A stretch of 64,000 bases of DNA. It comes from an uncultured virus (IMG/VR IMGVR_UViG_3300037313_000338) (Duplodnaviria > Heunggongvirae > Uroviricota > Caudoviricetes). Every line of letters begins with the position of its first letter. The stretch's first letter is position 1. Positions 27,723 to 36,339 of the stretch are shown here, piece after piece. The stretch lies in the IMG/VR virus record IMGVR_UViG_3300037313_000338; one strand, written 5' to 3'. The notes under the pieces are model-generated. The model worked only from the letters and a program-made list of their open reading frames with translations, made no database searches and had not been told where the DNA came from. The position numbers and the translations under genes were made by a program.

Positions 27723-28304
27723 ATGAGTAAGATGGCGCGGAGACGACGCTCTAAAGGCGACCGCGAACTGGATCGCTTGATTAAGAAGATTAATAAAACG
27801 AAAGCGCCTTCGCGTAACGACGAGCGCAGGCAAACGGCGCGCATAAAAGCGCATGACGTTTCTTCTGACGCCACGTACACTGTCAAATCAGAAGACAGAG
27901 ACCCGGTTAAGACCGTCAAGCGTACGGGACTAAATACTAAACCTCGTAGTCTAGCGGATCGCGTTAAGCGCAATCTCAAAACGAAACGTGCGCGAGAACA
28001 GAACCACGCTGAGAAAGTTGAGGTTACTAAGGCTTCACCCATCCGGCGCGAGATTCCTAGACCACAGGAATTAACAGCGCTTATGGCTCCGCCTTTGCCG
28101 CCACGCACCAAAGGTAGCAAGCCGAATATCGTTTCCCTGGTATATGCGTTTCGCGCTTTCCAGCAATTCAGTCATGCTTACACTCGACGTAAGCTAGGTG
28201 ATCCTGTTGGGCGCGAAATTTACTATCAGGAAATGAAGCAGAGATTCCGTGACGCTATGCGTGACGCAGACCTAGAGGACGCCTTCGACTGGCGCGATTT
28301 CTGA
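27723..28304 (+). CDS. hypothetical basic protein
   Basis: Downstream of a TTGACA-N18-TATAAT promoter at 27670-27699. Confidence 0.65.
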   Translation: MSKMARRRRSKGDRELDRLIKKINKTKAPSRNDERRQTARIKAHDVSSDATYTVKSEDRDPVKTVKRTGLNTKPRSLADRVKRNLKTKRAREQNHAEKVEVTKASPIRREIPRPQELTALMAPPLPPRTKGSKPNIVSLVYAFRAFQQFSHAYTRRKLGDPVGREIYYQEMKQRFRDAMRDADLEDAFDWRDF

Positions 28305-28335
28305 CGGTTGTATCCACTCGCGTATTACGGGAAGT

Positions 28336-28490
28336 TTGACATACAGCTACACCGCATGATAAGCTAAAGGGCGCTCCAAAGGGTTGATTTAGGTCGCCCC
28401 TATAACGGAAGTTAATAGGAGGACGCTATGCGTTAAATACGACTGCAAGCGAAAACCCCAACTAGGCTAGACCCTAGTTGGGGTTTCGTC
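28336..28490 (+). ncRNA. self-contained small transcript containing a Met-Arg-stop minigene
   Basis: TTGACA..TAAGCT promoter, 5' hairpin, AGGAGG-N5-ATG CGT TAA, strong terminal hairpin 28450-28488. Confidence 0.45.
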
Positions 28491-28544
28491 TTGTCTGGAT
28501 GCTACGTCAAGTATTTACTAACCACACACACAGGGCAAAACACA

Positions 28545-28814
28545 ATGCTTACGTCGAACGAAGTGAATCAAGCTCCGTCGCAAGGCAATTGGCAAGAAAG
28601 CAATCGTGATACTAATATCCTTATCGGCAAGCGCATACGGCGTGAACGCACGCTACAGGCCCTCACGCAGAAAGAGCTTGGTGAAATGGCCGGTATCACC
28701 TTTCAACAAATCCAGAAGTACGAAAGTGCTGTTGTTAACATCTACGCACACACGCTGAAGAGGATAGCTGCGGCGCTAAATCGCCCGGTGGGGTACTTCT
28801 ACGGCGAAACATAA
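28545..28814 (+). CDS. XRE-family HTH transcriptional regulator
   Basis: IGKRIRRER...LTQKELG...GITFQQIQKYES...IAAAL..PVGYFY. Confidence 0.9.
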   Translation: MLTSNEVNQAPSQGNWQESNRDTNILIGKRIRRERTLQALTQKELGEMAGITFQQIQKYESAVVNIYAHTLKRIAAALNRPVGYFYGET

Positions 28815-28826
28815 AGGGACCACCAC

Positions 28827-29177
28827 ATGTCATACCTCCAAGTTAATCTAAGTAGCGCCAGCGCTAAAGTTCGGGAGGTGCTGAAAGAGTTTCCGTGGAT
28901 CGAAACGGAAACTGGCAGTGATGTAATTATTATCGCTGCTACAGAAGCCGCATTGGCTGATAAATTGCGACGGCTACAGCAAGAGTCAGCGGCGACTGAT
29001 ACCACGTTGGAGTTCCCAACGGAAATGAAAATCGTCCCGCGCGATGCCATTATTAATGGCCGCTCCATCCGGCACCTCTTCTACGAAAAGCTATCTGAGA
29101 CCAATGACCCGCGTAGGTACAGCCATCTGAACAACGGCGACAACTACGACGGCGGTATTTGGTACATCAAGGATTAA
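28827..29177 (+). CDS. hypothetical protein
   Basis: AAGGGA RBS; directly upstream of the DNA-modification gene. Confidence 0.6.
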   Translation: MSYLQVNLSSASAKVREVLKEFPWIETETGSDVIIIAATEAALADKLRRLQQESAATDTTLEFPTEMKIVPRDAIINGRSIRHLFYEKLSETNDPRRYSHLNNGDNYDGGIWYIKD

Positions 29178-29183
29178 TAAAAC

Positions 29184-30035
29184 ATGCTTCGCAAACGCGA
29201 GTTCGCTAATCTGCTTCATTGGATACGTCAACGCGAACTCGCGCGTAGCAACAAGACGGCTGGACTCAACGCTCCGTACTGCGATGACGAGGTTATTAAT
29301 ACGTATCGCTTCTGCAACGTCATCCGAATGGATGACCGGGTAAGCCAATGGCTACTCGATCATTGGTACGCGCCAAACATGGGCAATACTAACCAATGGT
29401 TTGCGTGCGCCGTGGCACGTTACCTCAACTGGCCCGATACGTTGATGCGAATTGGCTACCCGGTGACTTGGAATCCCCCACGTGCGCTTCGCAAGCTGAA
29501 CGCAATTGACGGTAAGACGTTCTCTGCGGCGTACATCATTCCTGCACCGGGCGGCACACGGAAGATCGAGCACGTTATTAATAACGTGCTGACGCCATTG
29601 TACGAGAGGCGAGAGTTGTTCAACTCCGCTATTCCCAACTGGACAAGCATGGAGAAGGCTCACGCGCGTCTGCAAAGCGCAGTAGGCTTCGGTAGCTTCC
29701 TAGCGGGACAGGTTGTAGCGGATTGGCGACATGCGGGCGTTTTCCGTGGCGTCCCGCAAGATGTATTGACCTGGGCTCCGTTAGGACCGGGTAGTACACG
29801 TGGAATTAATAGACTGCTGGGGCGCGAAGCGACCGCCGGAATTCCGAAAACCGAAGCGCATAGCGCTATGTTCGAAGCGTTCGTTAAGACCATTGCCGAA
29901 CTGGATCACCCGGTTGTAGAGCGAATGGAGTTAATGGATTTCCAGAACTGCCTTTGCGAATTCGACAAATATATGAGAACCCTAAACGCCGAAGGCACAC
30001 CGAAGGTACGATATGTCCCAAATCGAGGCTACTAA
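29184..30035 (+). CDS. aGPT-Pplase family (amino acid:DNA transferase-like, HhH glycosylase fold) thymidine hypermodification enzyme
   Basis: RE.....K.AG..APYCDDEVI.TYRFCNV.R.DDR, FSAAYI, GFGSFLAGQVVADW, GPGS.RGINRL, DFQNCLCEFDKY.R. Confidence 0.8.
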   Translation: MLRKREFANLLHWIRQRELARSNKTAGLNAPYCDDEVINTYRFCNVIRMDDRVSQWLLDHWYAPNMGNTNQWFACAVARYLNWPDTLMRIGYPVTWNPPRALRKLNAIDGKTFSAAYIIPAPGGTRKIEHVINNVLTPLYERRELFNSAIPNWTSMEKAHARLQSAVGFGSFLAGQVVADWRHAGVFRGVPQDVLTWAPLGPGSTRGINRLLGREATAGIPKTEAHSAMFEAFVKTIAELDHPVVERMELMDFQNCLCEFDKYMRTLNAEGTPKVRYVPNRGY

Positions 30036-30653
30036 TAATTCTGCGGTTGACCGGCTGAAGGCCGCGCTAAATATGGCGCGGGTTGCGGGGTATCAACGGT
30101 TCAAGCACGTAACGCTTTGTGAGGCAGACGCCACCGCGCTAATCAGCACGCCGCTGCCGGTGCATCGTGCGTTCTCGCGGGACAGGCCTAAATCGGTTCT
30201 ATGGGCTATTAGTAGCGACAATCGGCTTGTACCGTTTGCCCTATAGAGGGGGAAATAATATGGACCTAACCAAGCTGGAAATGTTGCACCAACGCATAGT
30301 CGCGCAAGACAACACCATGCTGGATTCGTATGAGGCTTTGCGCATTCTCACTGATAGTGAGTGGATAGACCCGACGTCTGCGGAAGGGTTAGCCGTAATA
30401 TGTGCTTTGTCCGGCATGGATGAAATGGCAGGTATAACACTTATTAAAGAAAAATATCCTAAAGCTCGCGTCACCATGCACCTAGTGCCCGGACGAGTGC
30501 TGGAAAATCATCGTCCCGCTCCATGGACAGTGCTGCTATTTCATCCTTCTCGGATCGATCTTCATCAACGTGCCACGGCCACCACCTTAGGACGGGCCTC
30601 GGTTGTAGCTTTGCTGCAAATGGAAATAGTAACAGAACGAGAAAGACAAGCCG

Positions 30654-31301
30654 ATGACGCGTCCTAACGTTAAAACGTGGGCCATTGAACGATCTGTGGA
30701 GTTGCGTACGCTCTTGCCGTTCAGGACATGGAACAAGCATGGCGACACGTTCGACGCGGTTCCCGAAACCCTGCGCATCACGGATCAACGAGTCGGGTGC
30801 AAGTGCTGCGGTTGTCCGCTAGACCCCGGCGTAGAAGTTATTAAGGTGATGGCCTTCGGTGGATACGAGTCTGCCAAGAAACCGAAAACGGCGGTTTACA
30901 TTCACCGCCAGGATTGTTGGGCAAACGGATTTGTGCAGACCGTGCAGCTTAACGGTAAGATCGGCGTAATGCGGTTGCGCGTTAATAACCGCACGTATGA
31001 CGCGTTCTACGATCTGAATAAGGTAAGCTTGGATTTCCCGACAAACTTTGACGATATGGGTAGCTATCCGACCGGGAACACAGAACCGGTTTCTGTTAGT
31101 GTGCCTTTCATGTTCCTCAAAGACACCGGCATTCGCACGCCGTCCGATCTGAAAGCGCATGAAGCGGAACAACGCAAAGTTAAGGCTAAGGAGACTGCGG
31201 AACGCAAAGCCGCAAAATCGAGAGAGGCCTATTTGAATCCGGATGCTTCGCCTACGAAGCGCGGACGCGTTAAGACCTACGACGTATCATCAGACAGTTA
31301 G
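30654..31301 (+). CDS. hypothetical protein with CxCC...HxxxC
   Basis: 215-aa ORF. Confidence 0.6.
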   Translation: MTRPNVKTWAIERSVELRTLLPFRTWNKHGDTFDAVPETLRITDQRVGCKCCGCPLDPGVEVIKVMAFGGYESAKKPKTAVYIHRQDCWANGFVQTVQLNGKIGVMRLRVNNRTYDAFYDLNKVSLDFPTNFDDMGSYPTGNTEPVSVSVPFMFLKDTGIRTPSDLKAHEAEQRKVKAKETAERKAAKSREAYLNPDASPTKRGRVKTYDVSSDS

Positions 31302-31380
31302 GCCTAACTTTCTTTGTTAGGGGAGCTTGACAGGCGATTCGTTAGGCCTTAAGACTAAGGGCAGGACGGGGGTTGGCCCC
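31296..31380 (+). promoter_or_regulatory. early promoter module
   Basis: AGTTAGGCCTAACT, TTGACA at 31327, CGATTCG, GGGGGTTGGCCCC. Confidence 0.7.
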
Positions 31381-31811
31381 GAGGGAACCGAGACGATGAC
31401 GTGCGGTAGATGGGAATGCGGTAACCGGAATTGCGGACACGGCAACTGTGCAAATGCTTCGAAGGAACAACTGCACACGTTCAACACCACCGGCAAGGTG
31501 GAGTTCGAAACCTACGCGGAAGCCCGCGCTTTTGCTAGGACGCAAGAGACCAGCGGCAGGAACGTTCACGCGAACATTCCACTCCCGAGCCTGAACATGA
31601 AGGCCAGCGTCGAAGAGTGCCAAGGTGCACACTGCCACTGCCGTTATTAATATGGAGTGGTGGAAAATAGCCCTTTGGGTGTTCGCTTTCTTCTGCGTCG
31701 GAATGTCACTTAACGATGTTCGGCTGAAGACTCCATTTCGCAAGGTGTGGTGGGGTCATGCTATCGCCATCGCGTCCATGGCCGTCGCGACTGCTTTCGG
31801 AAGTTAATAAC

Positions 31812-31862
31812 GAGGTTCTTACCGATTAGGCGGAATGCCAACGCCTAATCCCTTAGATTCTC
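31812..31862 (+). repeat. intergenic hairpin repeat, copy 5 of 6
   Basis: GAGGTTCT..GATTAGGCG-GAATGCCAA-CGCCTAATC..AGATTCTC followed by AGGAG. Confidence 0.75.
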
Positions 31863-31879
31863 GGACAGGAGATTTACTA

Positions 31880-32473
31880 ATGATCGCTAAGATCAAGACG
31901 ATCACTGCGCGTTACAATGGCACGCCTCCCGCTGCTCGGTTCGCGCAACCTCGTGAGGGTCGTGTCCATTTCCTCGCGGCGATGATTGCGCGTCAAGAAC
32001 ACCGGACCACGGTAACGCGACACACGAAAGGCCTGACGCGCTGCGATCTTTGCGCGAAAGGGAAGTCGGTGGGTTGGGGCATTCAGTACGAAGCCACTAT
32101 CAAGGGAGTTACTATCCGTTGGGATGACGGACTTGAGCACTTTGTAAAAATGCATAAGGTCAAGCCGCCGCAAAAGTTCATCGATCTGATGATGACGCCA
32201 ATTCCCGCGAATAAGACTGTCGCGAAGCCTAAGGCTAAAGCGCCACAGCCGCTGACATTCGCGCAAATTACTAAGCGTGATCACAAGATCGCTGTAGACG
32301 CGGATATCGACACGCGCACGGCTCTGGTCGAAGCCTACAACGCCTTGGTGGCGCAAGGGGCTTCGCAAGAGACGTTGTGGATGATCCAAGCGCTGTTGGC
32401 GCAACGCGGCTGCGAAGCCGTGGAGGGCAAAGCCTATCTGACAGAAACCGCCGACGTTTGGATTTTCGGATAA
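31880..32473 (+). CDS. hypothetical protein, CxxC...W.xGL.H.V..H.VKPP domain (paralog of 32714-33028)
   Basis: Shared C..C and W...HFV..H.VKPPQ.FID motif. Confidence 0.65.
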   Translation: MIAKIKTITARYNGTPPAARFAQPREGRVHFLAAMIARQEHRTTVTRHTKGLTRCDLCAKGKSVGWGIQYEATIKGVTIRWDDGLEHFVKMHKVKPPQKFIDLMMTPIPANKTVAKPKAKAPQPLTFAQITKRDHKIAVDADIDTRTALVEAYNALVAQGASQETLWMIQALLAQRGCEAVEGKAYLTETADVWIFG

Positions 32474-32477
32474 TAAC

Positions 32478-32532
32478 GAGGCTCCGGCCGGTTAGGTGGA
32501 ATACCAACCAACACCTAACCCATCGGACTCTT
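32478..32532 (+). repeat. intergenic hairpin repeat, copy 6 of 6
   Basis: GAGGCTCCG..GGTTAGGTG-GAATACCAACCAA-CACCTAACC..CGGACTCTT followed by GGGAG. Confidence 0.75.
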
Positions 32533-32713
32533 GGGAGCTTAATAACATGCCTGGGGTAAAACCGCGTATGTGGAAGGGGATTAACACACCACTTCGCCCG
32601 CGCCACCTGCGTTATATGGCTGAGACTGCACCTGTAATGCGTAGTCTGATCGCCCGCACTAAACGTAAGCTGCGCATCCAACAAATCGCTAAACGCAAGC
32701 GCGAGGTTAGTAC

Positions 32714-33028
32714 ATGATCAATCCCATTCGCGTCGGCTTCTGGAAAACTAGCGCGGAACCACATCTTCCTAACCCGGAGCACGGCAAACCGTGGGAAGGG
32801 CAACAAGCATTTCTAGACGCGCTAGCGCGGTTGCAATTTCACCATGCTACTAACAAGACAGTATATCGTGGGTTCTCGATATGCCGGTGCTGCAACGCAC
32901 GAAACGGTCATACGGAATACGAGACCGCAGAATATACGTGGCCTTCCGGTTACGCGCACTACGTGTCCGTGCACAACGTCAAGCCGCCGCAACCGTTTAT
33001 TGATTACGTTATGCACTACGGACGCTAG
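32714..33028 (+). CDS. hypothetical protein, putative zinc-binding
   Basis: YRGFSICRCC...NG..EY....WPSGYAHYVSVHNVKPP. Confidence 0.7.
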   Translation: MINPIRVGFWKTSAEPHLPNPEHGKPWEGQQAFLDALARLQFHHATNKTVYRGFSICRCCNARNGHTEYETAEYTWPSGYAHYVSVHNVKPPQPFIDYVMHYGR

Positions 33029-33479
33029 TAATTCCATTGCGGACAACCCGCCCAAGGCCCGAGCCGGAAACGGTGGCGGGCCTGAAGGCGTGAAAGGGAG
33101 ATTATCACGTGAACAACTTATTGCGCCTCACCATGGCGGAGTTGGCTGCGGAGTTTGTTAACTTCGCTATCCACGCGCAGGAGGAAGAATCGCACGCTTA
33201 CGCGGCGGCGCGGCTCGCGTCCATTTCGAAAGACCTACACGCGTTGGCGTTAATGACCCGCGAGGACGCTAAGGGCGCTACAGCCAACATGCGCCGCGCT
33301 GATGCGTACGCCAACCTGCAAACGCTCTTGGTGGACACAACAAAGGGACGTAGCCACTACGCCATGAAAGCGCTTTGCGAACGCGCTATGGCGGTTCTGG
33401 AATCGCGCCACTAGACGTACCTAGTGAATAGGTGCTATCATAGAGCCAACAGCAATCTCTAACGGACAGGATTAATAAC

Positions 33480-34187
33480 ATGGCTAAGAAGATTTGGACT
33501 GTGGCGGCTATGATCGCCACTGCGCTGGAAACTGGCGGTCGTGTGGCCGTGCAAATCGGTAGAGGGGCCGATCATTACTCCATTCGTTGTATTATTAAAC
33601 GCGAAGAAGTGTCGCAATCGTTCCCCGAAGCGAATAGCCTTACTATCACCTTCGTAAAGGTCACGGCGGAGGGTGACGAAGCGATCACCCTGGAAATGGC
33701 TACCGAACTGCTTAAGCAACAGAAGGCGCTGACGCCCAAGCCGAAGTCCGAGAAGCGAGCCCGAAAGGATTATCACAAGGGCATTGCGGAGGGCGTGAAG
33801 CGTGCTGCAAAGGCCGCTAAGGCGGAACGTGCAGCGGCTAAGGCTGAAGCCAAGGCTGCAAAGAAGGAAGAGAAGCGCATCCGCAAGGAATCGCCCGGCC
33901 TCGCTGCGGCTCTGGATCAATCAGTAGCGGCAATGAAGGCGGAAAAGAAAGCCGCTAAGCGTTCAAACTCGTCGGATTATAAACTGGCGAAGCCGGGTAA
34001 GCTGGGATGGGCGATCACCTACACACCCAAAGACACCGGCATTCCGCTTTACTATTCGATCGCAGCGATGGGGTACGCGACTCCGGAACTCGCTGCGGTG
34101 TTCTTGAACAAGAAAGACGCTAATCGCATCGCAGACGAACACCCGAAGGAAATCAACGCGAAAGTGGTTCAACATTTCGCCCAATAA
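33480..34187 (+). CDS. hypothetical protein with K/A-rich central helix
   Basis: AGGA RBS; terminator at 34207-34233. Confidence 0.7.
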   Translation: MAKKIWTVAAMIATALETGGRVAVQIGRGADHYSIRCIIKREEVSQSFPEANSLTITFVKVTAEGDEAITLEMATELLKQQKALTPKPKSEKRARKDYHKGIAEGVKRAAKAAKAERAAAKAEAKAAKKEEKRIRKESPGLAAALDQSVAAMKAEKKAAKRSNSSDYKLAKPGKLGWAITYTPKDTGIPLYYSIAAMGYATPELAAVFLNKKDANRIADEHPKEINAKVVQHFAQ

Positions 34188-35252
34188 CCTCTGAGCCAAT
34201 CAGGCAAAGCCCGCCCGTCACACGGCGGGCTTTGTGCGTTTCAGGGTCGGTTTTGACCGAGCGTGTGTTTTCCTTTATACTGCGAACAGATACGAACAGG
34301 AGACCTGCAATGCCCATTATTAAAATGAAGCTAAAGAAAGAGACGCTGGGAACCTACGTGTACGCGGATGACACCGAGGACACGGTTATTCCGCAACTCT
34401 ACATCAAGAAATCGGCGTTCGAGAAGCCGCCGAAGAAAATCAAGGTTACGGTGCAGGCTATCAAGCCTGTAAAGCGAGATTAGTAACGTAGTAAGGAGGG
34501 AAATGGTATGCCAGACTGGATGAACTTCATTAACGCTAACCCGTCGATCCAAGAGATCGATGCACACGTCGCGAATTTGAAGCATCAACTGGAAGGCGTG
34601 AAGAGCGCAACTGAAGGGTTCCGCGTCGAAGACGAAATCAGAGCGCTGGAAGCCATTAGTAAATGGGCCAAGGCCATCACCGATGCATAGCCGTGAAGTC
34701 AAGCTACGACGGCTGGCGCGAATGAAGGTGCGCAAGCGTGGTAAGCCCAAAGCGTGGGACCATTGCGCCTTGCTATATTGGCGCTATTGGTTACAGATTA
34801 ATAAACGCCACGAGCATTTGTGGGGCAAGCCCAAAAGCAACGGCAAACGCAAGGGAAAATAACTATGGCTAGGTTTATTATCTTCTGCGGAACACGCGCT
34901 GCAATCGAACGCTATGACATGGCGGGTGTTCCGATCCTCGTCTATCAATATCGCGAACGTTTCGAGGAAATATTAAAAGTTTTCGCCGCGGACCCGAATG
35001 GGCAACTCGCGGTGCACATGATGCCTGCGGTTATGGGATTCCATGTGCCTAGTGACACATTCACGGTGTTTGACGCGTCTTGGCGCTGGGACAAGGATCA
35101 TCCGAACACAATACAAGCGCTAGGGCGTGTGTTGTCCCGGTTTACGCCGCCTACTAATAGTGAAGCGCTATTGCATCAACAAATAGGTCGAATTCGGCAT
35201 GCGCTAGCGCCACCCAAGGAAAAGTCTGACGAGTAATTAATAGGAGGATCGC

Positions 35253-35918
35253 ATGCGGTTCATTGGTGACGTTCACGCTAAAGGCAAACGATACAAGAAA
35301 ATAGTGAAGCAATGTGACCGATCGATCCAAGTCGGTGATTTCGGTATGGGGAGCGGCACGGGTTGGTTTCGTTATCATCCGTTCGGTCTTAGCAGGAACC
35401 AAGCGCAGTATCGTGAGCACCGGTTTATTAGAGGAAACCATGACGACCCGAATCTGTGCGCGACGCGCAGCGCGAAGTGGTGGATTCCTGATGGATCGGT
35501 TTTGCAAGACAAGATGATGTTAGTGGGCGGAGCCTATAGCATCGATAGCGCGGGGCGCACTCCGGGTATTTCATGGTGGCACGACGAAGAGCTAACTATT
35601 GCGCGCTTTAACGATATCATCGACACCTACGAAAAAGTTCGTCCGCGTGTCATGGTTACACATGACGCACCGAAGCTAGTAACTTCACGAATCATGGAAT
35701 CGTGGAGGCCAGAGCGACATGCGATTAACTCTCGTACGCAACAGGCCTTTGACGCCATGATCCAAATACATTCTCCTGATTTGTGGGTGTTTGGGCATTG
35801 GCACGCTAGCCGTGATGTTACTATGTACGGGACGCGTTTCATTTGCTTGAACGAACTCGAACACGTCGATATCGATCTGTCGCAATACGGTATCGATGAA
35901 ACCAAACTTTTGGGTTAA
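35253..35918 (+). CDS. calcineurin-like metallophosphoesterase
   Basis: GDVH, VGDFG, RGNHD, THDAP, FGHWH. Confidence 0.9.
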   Translation: MRFIGDVHAKGKRYKKIVKQCDRSIQVGDFGMGSGTGWFRYHPFGLSRNQAQYREHRFIRGNHDDPNLCATRSAKWWIPDGSVLQDKMMLVGGAYSIDSAGRTPGISWWHDEELTIARFNDIIDTYEKVRPRVMVTHDAPKLVTSRIMESWRPERHAINSRTQQAFDAMIQIHSPDLWVFGHWHASRDVTMYGTRFICLNELEHVDIDLSQYGIDETKLLG

Positions 35919-36339
35919 TAACATGACCGAAGAACTGCAATTGATTCGTGGCAGCACCATTTGCGTGTTGGTAGTGACCGAACATCGAGCGCCGCTTAGT
36001 TGGCTGCGACAACTAACAGAGGGACAACTTCTAATAACTGCCGTGCATCCTGACGACGACGGCATGAAGTTGGTGCGCGGGCGGACAGTCGTAACAGTGA
36101 TCTTGGACGGCATGACGTTGGATGAATTGAAAGCCCGCAATCCTAAGCTAGCCGGGGCGCTTGCCAGAACTTTGGTGACTCTACACGGCAAGTTCGTCAG
36201 CCTTCCCGTTTTTGGTGATTAGTAAAAGCCCTTCTGCGGAAACGTAGGAGGGCTTCTGCGTTTCCGCCTAATTTTCTGGCCTACTTGATTTTCCAACCCA
36301 ACTGTGCTAGTTTATTAGTGCATCGAACCGGGGTGAACC

